Source of the DNA: a virus
Taxonomy: Duplodnaviria; Caudoviricetes
Direction: 5' to 3' (one strand)
IMG/VR virus record: IMGVR_UViG_3300047272_000153
Span: 1 to 41,149 of that record
DNA length: 41,149 bases
Part shown: one piece after another, positions 1-8,658 of the stretch
Numbering within the stretch: position 1 is the stretch's first letter
Layout: every line of letters starts with the position of its first letter
Program-made: the position numbers and the translations under genes
The notes under the pieces: model-generated
What the model was told of the DNA's origin: nothing
The model's input: only the letters and a program-made list of their open reading frames with translations
Databases searched by the model: none

Positions 1-579
1 AGCGCCACCAGCGCCACTAGAAAGACCACCATTACTATTACCGCCGCCTCCGCCGCCAGCATAACCTTGACCACCGTTACCAGCAGCGCCACCACTAACT
101 CTGCCACCTCCGCCTCCGCCGCCAGTACCTTCACCACCCCAACCGCCACCACCTGTGCCAGCAGTACCAGCAACGCCACCAGCGTGCCAAGAAATAGAAC
201 CTGCGCCGCCGTTGTACGAACCGCCACCGCCTCCTCCACCGCCGCCTGCTACACCGCCGCCACCTGTACCTCTATTTCCTGAGCCACCGTAGCCAGCAAT
301 CCAGCCATTAAATTTAGTAATTCCTGAACCAGCACCAATAACGCAGGTATTAGTTGCTTGTGTTTTTACCCAAGTTTGAACAACTGCTCCACCACCGCCG
401 CCTCCAAAATATGAACCACCACTAGTTCCACTTATGCCACCACCACCAACAATTACTGCATATACCCAAGTAATATCAGCGGGTAATGAAATTGTTGTGC
501 CAGAAGTAACTGTTTGGCGAAGAAGCATTTTTGATTGGTCAAAACCACCAGATACTGGATTAACTTTAGAAATAGCCAT
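1..579 (-). CDS. Glycine-rich tail fibre/receptor-binding protein, N-terminal part (runs off the window start)
   Basis: Not in the ORF track. ATG at 579 overlaps the upstream stop (TAATG). Reads MAISKVNPVSGGFDQSKMLLRQTVTSGTTISLPADITWVYAVIVGGGG... with many GGGGG runs and no stop down to position 1. Confidence 0.7.
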   Translation of the reverse strand, partial: MAISKVNPVSGGFDQSKMLLRQTVTSGTTISLPADITWVYAVIVGGGGISGTSGGSYFGGGGGGAVVQTWVKTQATNTCVIGAGSGITKFNGWIAGYGGSGNRGTGGGGVAGGGGGGGGGSYNGGAGSISWHAGGVAGTAGTGGGGWGGEGTGGGGGGGRVSGGAAGNGGQGYAGGGGGGNSNGGLSSGAGGA

Positions 580-908
580 TACGAAATCTCGCTTCCAAAT
601 GCGTTAAATGAAAGATTAGCACTAGATGCATATACAGTAATTACATCTGCTGCTCCTAGAGTAATACCAAGCGTAAATGCTGTTGTGTCATTAGCCGCTA
701 CTGTAGAGTCATAAGCAATATAATGCTCGTTAGCAAGCGTTGCACCTGCAGGACGGACAGCAATACGGAATGTTGCTGCAGTAGCAGCACGATTACATAC
801 AGTAATAGTAGAAACTACTGCTTGAGTAGCACTTGGTACCGTTTCTAAGGTTGTATTTGTTGTTGCGCTAGGAGCAACTTGTCCTAGTACTTTATATGCT
901 GTTGGCAT
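579..908 (-). CDS. Small beta-rich tail fibre adaptor-like protein (paralogue of 40315-40617)
   Basis: 109 aa, MPTAYKVLGQ...TTLETVP...VVSTITVCN...LSFNAFGSEIS; same layout and same EIS ending as 40315-40617; precedes a Gly-rich gene. Confidence 0.6.
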   Translation of the reverse strand: MPTAYKVLGQVAPSATTNTTLETVPSATQAVVSTITVCNRAATAATFRIAVRPAGATLANEHYIAYDSTVAANDTTAFTLGITLGAADVITVYASSANLSFNAFGSEIS

Positions 909-911
909 TTG

Positions 912-1040
912 TTATGCTCCCATTGTCATTAGTGCTGTTGGTGTTGAATCGGCAGCAGCAACTGCTGCCGCTACTTCTGCGTCTGTTGCCATAGCAGTTG
1001 CAGTTCTTGCTAAGTTTGCTAGGTCTCTTGCTTTAGTCAT
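912..1040 (-). CDS. 42-aa fibre-associated peptide (MTKARDLANL...LMTMGA)
   Basis: Not in the ORF track. ATG coupled to the stop of the 770-aa gene; fills the gap; stop at 912-914. Confidence 0.65.
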   Translation of the reverse strand: MTKARDLANLARTATAMATDAEVAAAVAAADSTPTALMTMGA

Positions 1041-3352
1041 TAGTATGCTCCCATAATTGTCATAATAATATCTGAGTATTGGGTTAAATCTGGTGCTGGT
1101 ACTTCACCCCAGGCTAAACCTGTGGCTGTGCTTGAGTCAGCCTTTAAGAAATAACCATTAGTTCCAACAGTTAATTTGCCAGGAGTATCAGCAGATGTAG
1201 CAACAAGTATGTCGCCCTTAGCGTCAAAGAGTGAACGAGCAATAGAGTCTGCAAGTTCAAATGCTGTAAAGGTAATAACTTCTAGAATATCTCCAGCAGC
1301 AAGGGCTGCAAGAGATGTGATGCTTGTTCCATTGCTGGCTGTATAGTCAGATGAACGTGTAAGAAGCACACCATTTAGGTATACCTGTTCTTTACCTGGA
1401 ATGTAAGAAAGTGTTAATCCATTATCATCTACACCAGATTCTGAGGTTTCTCCGCCTGCCGCTGTAAAGCGGAAGCGGTAGATGTCTGCAGTAGATGAGA
1501 TTGAACCCCAAGCAGAACCTGTCCAAGCAAACATCTGGTTACTTGTTGAGTTCCAGTAGATAGCACCAGTAACAAGTGCGTTACCGTCATTGTCTACGGA
1601 TGGAGGAGTTGACTTAGCACCAAGGTAGCGGTCATCAAAAGAATCATATGATGCTGCAGCAGCGGCTGCGCTTGCAGCGGCAGCAGTAGCAGAACCTGCA
1701 ACTGTGTCTACATAAACTTTAGTAGCAGCATCTGCGTTGCTAGTTGGTGTTCCTAGATTAGTTACTTTAAATCCACCAGCATCTAAGTTACCAGCCAGTA
1801 CACCAGTTGTTTTATTTAAGTATGTACCTGAAAGACTAACAGCACCAACATTACCGTCAACAGATAAAACCGCATCTGTTGGAGTAAGTAGTTCTTGCCA
1901 GTTAGCAAGTGTGGTTGCTGGACTTGCTGTAAGAATAAAAGACTTATTAACGTCTGTACGAACCGCAACGTCACCAGTCTGTGCAGTTAATGCAAGCATT
2001 GCTGCTTGAGAATTAACTACAGATGTATGCGAAATAGCCAATGCTGGCAAGTGATGTGTAGGAACTAAACCTGAACCATCAAGTTCGGCAAGTCCATTTA
2101 CTGCACCTTTCTGGCTATTAATATAATTAATAGTTACTGCATCTTGAAGGTTAGTTGGGTCTGCAAGACCTGTAATCTTCTGAGCATTTAAAGGAACTGC
2201 AGCAGTAGGTGCAGCCATCTGGTCTAGACGATTAGTGCGAACCTGAGTATTAAAATCAGAAATAGTTGAGGCAGCCTGTGTACCAGTATGGTTGCCACGG
2301 GCATATGGGTCAACCGCAAACTTTGCTCCTGTAATAGTTCCATCTGCAATATCAGAGGCTACGATAGTTCCATCAACCAAGTCAGCAGAAGTAATAGTTC
2401 CGCCAAGGCTTAACTTGCTGTAAGCAATACCAGCAGTTGTTGATATATCCTCATTTGCGATTGTTCCATTAGCAATCTTGGCAGAAGTAACAGCACCATC
2501 AGCAAGGTCTGCAGTAGCAATAGTTCCATCTAGGATTTTAGCAGAGGTAATAGCACCGTCAGCGATATCTCCAGCCACAATAGTACCATCAGCAATTTTG
2601 GCTGAGGTAACGGCTGAGTCTGCAATCTTACTTGTTGTTACACTAAGGTCTGCAATATCTGAAGTACTAATACCACCATCTGCCAACTTAGCAGATGTAA
2701 TAGAGCCATCTGCAATCTTAGGGGTAGTTATGGCTGCATCTGCAATATCACCAGTTGCAATAGTAGCATCAGCAATCTTTGCTGATGTAATAGCCGAATC
2801 AGCAATCTTTGCAGTAGTTACATTAGCATCTACAATCTTAGCAGTAGTAACTGAGTTGTCTGCTAGTTTGGCAGTTGTTACGTTAGCGTCAGCAATCTTG
2901 GCTGTTGTTACAGCATTTGCTGCAAGCATTGTGTTACTTACTGTTCCAGTATCTGAATTAAGAATTATGGTAGCAAGAGGAATGCCATGTGCTGTAGCAG
3001 AGTTTGCACGTAGTAATTCAGTATGTGTATTTGCTTCGCGGTAATCGCGACCAATAGCCATATGGCGAACCTCAGCACCAGCAGAGTGAGCCTGTGCTAC
3101 AGAACCATCAATATTACGAACGATTGCTAGAGTATTACCAGATACGGGATTACCGTCTACCTTGTAAACATCTACAATTTCTTCAAGGGCTGTATCTGGG
3201 TCAATGACAACTGTGTATGTTTCACCAGCAGCAATAGTCACTCCGCCAAGGAGTGACGTTGCAGACACAACTGTAATCGAGTTACTAGATGATGTGATTG
3301 CAGATGCAAGGGTTGTCTTCTGCGAACGGGATGAGTATTTACGGATTGTCAT
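1040..3352 (-). CDS. Long tail fibre protein
   Basis: 770 aa directly after the tail adaptor; tandem 10-aa repeats (IADGxITSAK); trimeric-fibre motifs ITGLADPTNLQDAVT and VTNLGTPTSNADAATKVYVD; VYLNGVLL domain; KGDILVATSADT..L.VGTNG..L.ADS motif. Confidence 0.8.
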   Translation of the reverse strand: MTIRKYSSRSQKTTLASAITSSSNSITVVSATSLLGGVTIAAGETYTVVIDPDTALEEIVDVYKVDGNPVSGNTLAIVRNIDGSVAQAHSAGAEVRHMAIGRDYREANTHTELLRANSATAHGIPLATIILNSDTGTVSNTMLAANAVTTAKIADANVTTAKLADNSVTTAKIVDANVTTAKIADSAITSAKIADATIATGDIADAAITTPKIADGSITSAKLADGGISTSDIADLSVTTSKIADSAVTSAKIADGTIVAGDIADGAITSAKILDGTIATADLADGAVTSAKIANGTIANEDISTTAGIAYSKLSLGGTITSADLVDGTIVASDIADGTITGAKFAVDPYARGNHTGTQAASTISDFNTQVRTNRLDQMAAPTAAVPLNAQKITGLADPTNLQDAVTINYINSQKGAVNGLAELDGSGLVPTHHLPALAISHTSVVNSQAAMLALTAQTGDVAVRTDVNKSFILTASPATTLANWQELLTPTDAVLSVDGNVGAVSLSGTYLNKTTGVLAGNLDAGGFKVTNLGTPTSNADAATKVYVDTVAGSATAAAASAAAAAASYDSFDDRYLGAKSTPPSVDNDGNALVTGAIYWNSTSNQMFAWTGSAWGSISSTADIYRFRFTAAGGETSESGVDDNGLTLSYIPGKEQVYLNGVLLTRSSDYTASNGTSITSLAALAAGDILEVITFTAFELADSIARSLFDAKGDILVATSADTPGKLTVGTNGYFLKADSSTATGLAWGEVPAPDLTQYSDIIMTIMGAY
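2320..2930 (-). repeat. About 20 degenerate 30-bp (10-aa) coding tandem repeats in the tail fibre
   Basis: Translation shows VTTAKIADAN/ITSAKIADGT/IATGDIADAA units; the plus strand repeats motifs such as agcaatcttg. Confidence 0.8.
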
Positions 3353-3361
3353 TCAGTTTCC

Positions 3362-4285
3362 TTATCGGCTGTATCGAATGCGTGGAGGATATTGTTGTTG
3401 TTGTGCTTGCACTTCTTCTGCTAGGCGGGCTGCATAAAGTTGATACAAAGCACGTGTTGCTGTATTTCCAGAACTGTATGGACGCTTTGTATCAATTTCA
3501 TCAGCCTGTGGGCTAGTCAAAGCATTGCGTGCAGGGTCTAGGAATGAGAGCAATCGGTATGATGCTCCAAGCACAATTACATCCTTGACTGATTCTGATA
3601 GTCCCGTTTGCGCTGCAAAAGAATCAGTAGATGATGTGCTTAAAGTATTTGGTGCTGCTGCATAGGTAACATTAATCTTGCGACCAGCATGGATATATCT
3701 GTCATTGATTGTTACGGTTTGCGCTCCAGCGCCCCAAGCAGTTGCATCTGGAGATGAATCCCAAGTAAAGCGTGTAATAGGAATCCAACGCTTGGTAGAA
3801 CCAATGTCTTCCCATGACATACGCAAGATGTTCTGGATGTTTAAATTTGTAAAAGCATATGTATCTACAACTGAGTTGTAGGTAAATGATGTGTTCTTTG
3901 CTGCAAAGATAGACGAACCAATGGCTCGGATAGTATCTTGAATAGCACGCTTGACAGATGAGCGTGGGAATGTAGGAGTAATAATTACTCGGTCACCAGC
4001 ATCATGTGTGGTAGCAGTAGTACCCATAAACCCACGACCATATGGCGGGATAGTTGCAGTCTTAGAGATGCGGTCATATGAGTTAACCCATAGCAACTCA
4101 TCACCAATCTCAATAATACCGCTACCGATTTCTTCAGCGTCAAGCGAGAAGGTAGTAGGGGCTGCTAGTGTAGATGTGGTTGTAGTAATGTTTGTCGTCA
4201 AGTGTGTGGTACGGTCTTGCTGCAGCGTATAGCCAGCAAGATTCATAACAACTTCGTCTGTAAGTACGTCTAATGTTGATGCCAT
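3362..4285 (-). CDS. Putative tail adaptor (tail tubular protein A-like)
   Basis: 307 aa between head genes and fibre; C-terminal pattern GL.ES..DVIVLGASYRLL...LYQLY..RLAEE resembles podovirus head-tail adaptors; positional inference. Confidence 0.55.
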   Translation of the reverse strand: MASTLDVLTDEVVMNLAGYTLQQDRTTHLTTNITTTTSTLAAPTTFSLDAEEIGSGIIEIGDELLWVNSYDRISKTATIPPYGRGFMGTTATTHDAGDRVIITPTFPRSSVKRAIQDTIRAIGSSIFAAKNTSFTYNSVVDTYAFTNLNIQNILRMSWEDIGSTKRWIPITRFTWDSSPDATAWGAGAQTVTINDRYIHAGRKINVTYAAAPNTLSTSSTDSFAAQTGLSESVKDVIVLGASYRLLSFLDPARNALTSPQADEIDTKRPYSSGNTATRALYQLYAARLAEEVQAQQQQYPPRIRYSR

Positions 4286-5163
4286 TATTTAGCCGCCTTC
4301 TTTGCAATATTGGCAGCCTCACGGCGTGCACGTTCAATCATCTGTTTAATTTGGGCATCAGTCATGCCACGTGCTTTTGCCTTAGCAATCGCACGCTGTT
4401 GTGTTGCTTTAATTACTGCAGCCCTGCGCTCAGCAGTTGGGGTTAGTGCTCTAGCACGACCCCTAGCAATTACTTCTCTAGATACACGAACTGGCTTACC
4501 TTTTTCAGTAGCAGCAATTCCACGTGCTACTTCAGCATAGCGTCGCCATTCTAAAGATGACATACCACTTGGACGCGAAACGTTTGTAGAAGATAGTGGA
4601 AGTTTTTCTGCACCAGATGCTAGTCTAGATTCGATTGTTGGTTGTGCTGCACGAATTTCTGGAGTCTCTGGTTTCTCACGATTACTAGCCTTTTTTGCTA
4701 AACGCGCACGAACTTCTTTATATTCTGCATTTCTTTTAGCACGACGAGTGCGTTCAACGCGAGCAAGTCGTGGGTTTACTGGTAAACCACGCTTGTATGT
4801 AACTGGATTGCTTGGGTCAAACTTTTCTCTAACAGTAGTTCTTGGCTTTGTAGTTGCAGGTGGCTGTGTATTTACCTTAGCCTTACGCTTAGGTTCTGTA
4901 AACTTACCGCTTTTTGTTTTAGGCCCTATTTTTTGGCGAACAGTTGTATTGCGCGGAGTTCCATCTGTATCACGCAAACGTGGAGTTCTATTAGGAGAAG
5001 GTTTACGATATGTAGGAAATGGTGCTTTAGCCTTTTTGCCTGCTGCTTCAGTCGCCATAGCACGTGCTACTTTGGCAGAAGTTTTTTTAACGGCTTTTTT
5101 ACCAATTTGTTTTGCAACTATTCTTGCAAGAGTTGCCGCTGCTATTCCTGCTGGTACTGGCAT
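4285..5163 (-). CDS. Highly basic Lys/Arg/Ala-rich protein, possible internal virion DNA-binding protein
   Basis: 292 aa, low complexity, translationally coupled to its neighbours; N-terminus similar to 18904-19413. Confidence 0.6.
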   Translation of the reverse strand: MPVPAGIAAATLARIVAKQIGKKAVKKTSAKVARAMATEAAGKKAKAPFPTYRKPSPNRTPRLRDTDGTPRNTTVRQKIGPKTKSGKFTEPKRKAKVNTQPPATTKPRTTVREKFDPSNPVTYKRGLPVNPRLARVERTRRAKRNAEYKEVRARLAKKASNREKPETPEIRAAQPTIESRLASGAEKLPLSSTNVSRPSGMSSLEWRRYAEVARGIAATEKGKPVRVSREVIARGRARALTPTAERRAAVIKATQQRAIAKAKARGMTDAQIKQMIERARREAANIAKKAAK

Positions 5164-5164
5164 G

Positions 5165-5449
5165 TTACCACTTCACCTTATCTGCCCAGTATGCTGCGCT
5201 TAGTTTTCCTTTTGCAATGTTTGAAGCATGACGTGCCTTAAACGATTTACGACGTGCTGCATATGAAGCAGATTCTCCAGCCTTCTTAGGAGAACCACTA
5301 ACACCCTGTTGTCCAAAACGGATTGTCTTAACTGTGTTGCCTTCTTTGGCAACAACAACATGAGACTTCTTAGGATGATTAGGTGTACGCTTAGGCTTGT
5401 TAAAGCCTGATACGCCAGCCCTTGCTAGGCGAGAATCTTTTTTCTTCAT
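5165..5449 (-). CDS. Conserved-type basic phage protein (KTIRFGQQG...RRKSFKARH...SAAYWADKVKW)
   Basis: 94 aa in the late operon; overlaps the upstream stop; motif recalled from aquatic phage proteins. Confidence 0.7.
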   Translation of the reverse strand: MKKKDSRLARAGVSGFNKPKRTPNHPKKSHVVVAKEGNTVKTIRFGQQGVSGSPKKAGESASYAARRKSFKARHASNIAKGKLSAAYWADKVKW

Positions 5450-5841
5450 CTGAACTTTGCCGTCTTCTTTGCTATAGATTTTGGTTGTCTTACAAACTGC
5501 TTACCCTGCTTCATACCAGCCCGCTTAGCAGCGGTGGTCTTGGCATACTCAGCACTTGATAAAGCCTCACGTGCCTTCTTAGGTAGGTAGCGTTCACCAG
5601 TAGCCTTGGCACCTTGAGTGCTTGGCTTACCTGACTTAGTACCCCACTTCTCTTTAGTCCACTTAGACAGAGAAGATTGAGCCTTAGTTTTGCTACCTGT
5701 GTAGCCACCGCCTGCTTTCTTGTAGGCTTGGGCTAGCAGTTGTGCTTTACGAGCAGACCATTGACCAGGCTTGCCGCCTTTAGAGCCAGCCATAATCTGG
5801 TTTTTTAAACGCTCTCTAGTGCTTGCCTTGGTATACGCCAT
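5446..5841 (-). CDS. DUF5872-like basic protein
   Basis: 131 aa, GSKGGKPGQWSARKAQLLAQAYKKAGGGY...SLSKWTKEKW...ERYLP motif recalled as DUF5872. Confidence 0.65.
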   Translation of the reverse strand: MAYTKASTRERLKNQIMAGSKGGKPGQWSARKAQLLAQAYKKAGGGYTGSKTKAQSSLSKWTKEKWGTKSGKPSTQGAKATGERYLPKKAREALSSAEYAKTTAAKRAGMKQGKQFVRQPKSIAKKTAKFR

Positions 5842-6075
5842 TTACTTCTTCTTTGGCTTAGGTGTTGCTGACTTGTAGAGTCCTGGATACTTCTTGTCTA
5901 TTGCTTTCTTCTGAGCAGCAGATGCAGAAGCCATTCCCTTTGGAGAGATTTCTTGTCGGTATGCTTTTGCAGCAGCCTCACCAGTTAACTTCTTAGGCAT
6001 TAACTTTTTGTTAGCCTTTGGTACTGGAGGCATTGAACGCTTGGCTTTAGGAACTTTAGGCTTAGGAGTATTCAT
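5842..6075 (-). CDS. Small Lys/Pro-rich basic protein
   Basis: 77 aa, coupled start/stop, very K-rich. Confidence 0.6.
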   Translation of the reverse strand: MNTPKPKVPKAKRSMPPVPKANKKLMPKKLTGEAAAKAYRQEISPKGMASASAAQKKAIDKKYPGLYKSATPKPKKK

Positions 6076-6257
6076 TACTTCTTCTTACCCATCTTCTTAG
6101 GAGCAGCCTTCTTTGCTGACTTCTTAACAGTTTTCTTCTTACCCTTTGAAGCCATTTCCATAGACTTGTATTCTAGACCTTCAGCCTTGGCATACATCTT
6201 TGCAGCCTTCTTGCCCGCTGGTGTATATGGGAACTTCTTTTCTCCGAACATTGGCAT
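6075..6257 (-). CDS. Small Lys-rich basic protein
   Basis: 60 aa, MPMFGEKKFPYTPAGKKAAK, histone-H1-like tail, GGAG RBS. Confidence 0.65.
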   Translation of the reverse strand: MPMFGEKKFPYTPAGKKAAKMYAKAEGLEYKSMEMASKGKKKTVKKSAKKAAPKKMGKKK

Positions 6258-6703
6258 TATATTGCTCCTACTTCTGTAAGTGATGCTACTGATTTTTTGT
6301 TGATTGATTGTGCTGGTGCTATTGCGGTATCAGCGTCATACGCCTGACCCATAGCATTTGATGCATCAACCGCTGCTTTAATATGTGCCATACTAGTTCC
6401 AGCAGGTTGAATACCTTGTGCTCTTGCTGCACGGTAAGCGTCTAACTCACCATGCCATTTTTTATTTGACATGCTCTTTTGAGAATTAGCATCACCAGTA
6501 TTAAGTTGAAGGCTACGAGCCTTGCAACCAAAACAGGTATCGTCACAATTAACGTGGTCAATATTTATATCTTGTTCGTTATTCTTAAAAGGAACTGGAG
6601 ATAAAGCACCGCATAATGCGCAGTCATATTCCGTCACCACAAAGTCATGGACTTCCGTAAAGCCCCATTCCTTTACCCTGCTAATATGATTGCAATATGT
6701 CAT
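6257..6703 (-). CDS. Hypothetical Cys/His-containing protein
   Basis: 148 aa with CNH, CALC and CDDTCFGCK motifs. Confidence 0.6.
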   Translation of the reverse strand: MTYCNHISRVKEWGFTEVHDFVVTEYDCALCGALSPVPFKNNEQDINIDHVNCDDTCFGCKARSLQLNTGDANSQKSMSNKKWHGELDAYRAARAQGIQPAGTSMAHIKAAVDASNAMGQAYDADTAIAPAQSINKKSVASLTEVGAI

Positions 6704-6954
6704 ATAGTGTCCACCGTATATCCTGCTGCCTCTAGGTCAGCCTTTTCTCCTGCTGTTACTTCATATGCATAGCCACCGATATATGCAATATCTGCATCGG
6801 CTACTTCTTCTGCAGATGGATAACGAACTTCAAAGTAATCGCCATCAATCTTTAAAACTGTCACACCCTTGGGGATTTTAATTCTAGAAAAAAGTGGGTG
6901 TCCATCACTTTCCATCTCTTCTAAAACTGTTGGTGTTGTAAATCTGTATGCCAT
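6700..6954 (-). CDS. Hypothetical protein downstream of the capsid gene (likely start MAYRFTTP)
   Basis: GGAGG RBS precedes the ATG at 6954; 84 aa, acidic. Confidence 0.6.
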   Translation of the reverse strand: MAYRFTTPTVLEEMESDGHPLFSRIKIPKGVTVLKIDGDYFEVRYPSAEEVADADIAYIGGYAYEVTAGEKADLEAAGYTVDTI

Positions 6955-6963
6955 TGTTCCTCC

Positions 6964-7017
6964 AATAGGTTTACTGATAGACAGGGGCAAAGCCCCTGCC
7001 TATCCGTCAAACTACTG
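6964..7017 (-). promoter_or_regulatory. Long hairpin after the capsid gene (attenuator, processing or stabilising element)
   Basis: GATAGGCAGGGGC-TTT-GCCCCTGTCTATC with imperfect outer arms; no U-tract. Confidence 0.55.
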
Positions 7018-7018
7018 A

Positions 7019-8020
7019 TTAAGCGTTTGGACGACCTGATGCTGCTGATTCGATACGAACCAACGCTGGTGTGCGGTAAAGCGACCAGTTGATGATTCCG
7101 TACCAGCCTGCTGGTGAGAAACGGTTGAAACGGTCTTGGACAACGCCAACTTCCATTCCTGGTTCCTTCCATACGGCTTCAGCAAGAGCCTGTGCTCCAA
7201 CTACGTATGTGTTGTAAACACGTGTCTGTGTTCCACCTGAGCCAGTACCTGACTGTGAAGATGTTGCGTTTGCTGTTTCGATGAAACGAACGCCTTCCCA
7301 TGAACCTGTTTCTCCGCCGTAAAGTGGAGAAGCGTTCTGGTACTCATGTGGTGTACGCCATACGTTGTTACCTGTCTCGGTGCGGAGGTCTACAGAAACT
7401 TCTGGGTGGATGTATGAAACAAACATTCCAGCGCCCTTGTACTGAACTCCAGCAGCACGCATCTTGGTGACTGCAGTACGGATAGCAGCAGACTTCATTG
7501 TGTCTGCTGGTGCGATTGTGTTCTTAGCAGCAACTGTTCCAACAGTCTCGTAGACGTTTGAAACTGCTCCTGAACCACCTGCAACGCGAACAATGTTTGC
7601 GCCTGCATCCAACTTAGCAACGATTGCGTTGTCAAGTGTCTTGGTCATGTTGAAGCCGATTGCGTTAGCGACCCATGGGTCAATGTTAGCGATTGACATT
7701 AGGTTAATCTTCTTGACTGGAAGTACTGAACGTCCGAGTTCAAGTTGTGCAATGTCAATGTATGATGTTGCTGGAAGTGCAACTGAATCTGGGTCAGCAG
7801 TCTCGTTAAGAGTTGCGCCTGCTACAGTTGTATCAGCAATATCGTTGTTGAACTGGAAACGGATTGAGGAACCGTTGTGTGTGAGTGAGCCGACCTTCTT
7901 GTCAGCAATCTCGCGGAACTTTGGCAATACACGGAGGTTGGTTTCAATCAACTTGTCGTATGCTAGAGTTACAAGGTTTGTTCCTAACCCGCTACCTGTG
8001 GTAGTAAAGACATCTGCCAT
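7019..8020 (-). CDS. Major capsid protein (N4-gp56-like HK97 fold)
   Basis: 333 aa after a scaffold-like gene; motifs YIHPEVSVDLR, GETGSWEGVRFIET, DRFNRFSPAGWYG. Confidence 0.85.
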   Translation of the reverse strand: MADVFTTTGSGLGTNLVTLAYDKLIETNLRVLPKFREIADKKVGSLTHNGSSIRFQFNNDIADTTVAGATLNETADPDSVALPATSYIDIAQLELGRSVLPVKKINLMSIANIDPWVANAIGFNMTKTLDNAIVAKLDAGANIVRVAGGSGAVSNVYETVGTVAAKNTIAPADTMKSAAIRTAVTKMRAAGVQYKGAGMFVSYIHPEVSVDLRTETGNNVWRTPHEYQNASPLYGGETGSWEGVRFIETANATSSQSGTGSGGTQTRVYNTYVVGAQALAEAVWKEPGMEVGVVQDRFNRFSPAGWYGIINWSLYRTPALVRIESAASGRPNA

Positions 8021-8041
8021 TTGGCGATACCTCTTTCTGGA

Positions 8042-8533
8042 TTATTGCATCTTGTTAGAGATGCTTTGGATTATGGACAGTAATTCTTCTTCAGAGTTTC
8101 CGTTATAGTTTTGTAACATATCAACATATTCATCTGAAACGTCGGGAGTCGCAGCAAACTGAGTCGCACCATCTTGGCGAGCAAACTCGCTTACGTTTGG
8201 CTTTGTCTCTGCTTGTACTGGTTCGGTATACCCGACAATATCTCCATTTTCACGAAGCCAGTTTGCAACTGAATCTTCGCTGACTTCATCTAAATCCTTG
8301 AGGATTAGACGGGCAGCCTTGGAGTTGACTCCCTTTGATTCTAGGACTGACTTAACTGTTGACTCACGCTGTTGGCGTTCGAACATTTCCAACTTTTCTG
8401 TGAGTTCTTTGATTCTCTTTTCGTCTGCTCGCTTTGCTCTACGAAGGTCTTTAATACCATTCGTTTCGTCTTGGCTTGCATCTGAATAGATGTCAAGGTC
8501 TTCGTCGTTATCCCAGTTGTTGTTGTTGCTCAT
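8042..8533 (-). CDS. Capsid scaffolding protein
   Basis: 163 aa, acidic, coiled-coil segment (DLRRAKRADEKRIKELTEKL), immediately upstream of the capsid gene. Confidence 0.7.
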   Translation of the reverse strand: MSNNNNWDNDEDLDIYSDASQDETNGIKDLRRAKRADEKRIKELTEKLEMFERQQRESTVKSVLESKGVNSKAARLILKDLDEVSEDSVANWLRENGDIVGYTEPVQAETKPNVSEFARQDGATQFAATPDVSDEYVDMLQNYNGNSEEELLSIIQSISNKMQ

Positions 8534-8544
8534 AGCAACCTCAC

Positions 8545-8655
8545 CCTTCTATTGTTGTTAGTTTCGCAGACCGCAGTATCCATTCGGGGAAATGGACTGG
8601 CTTCCACTCCTAGTCTTTTACGCCTGACGGGGCTAGTCTGTCCGTCTAGGGATTC
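8545..8655 (-). ncRNA. Candidate structured cis-regulatory leader RNA (pseudoknot plus hairpin)
   Basis: Stem CCTAGACGG/CCGTCAGG; loop CTAG can pair with a downstream CTAG; second hairpin TCCATT-TCCCCG-AATGGA; sits in a rare intergenic gap. Confidence 0.5.
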
Positions 8656-8658
8656 TAT

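Noticed and set aside
2320-2930. Tandem 30-bp repeats as a CRISPR array or DGR
   Set aside because: They are degenerate, in-frame coding repeats with no spacers; no cas operon or reverse transcriptase is present.
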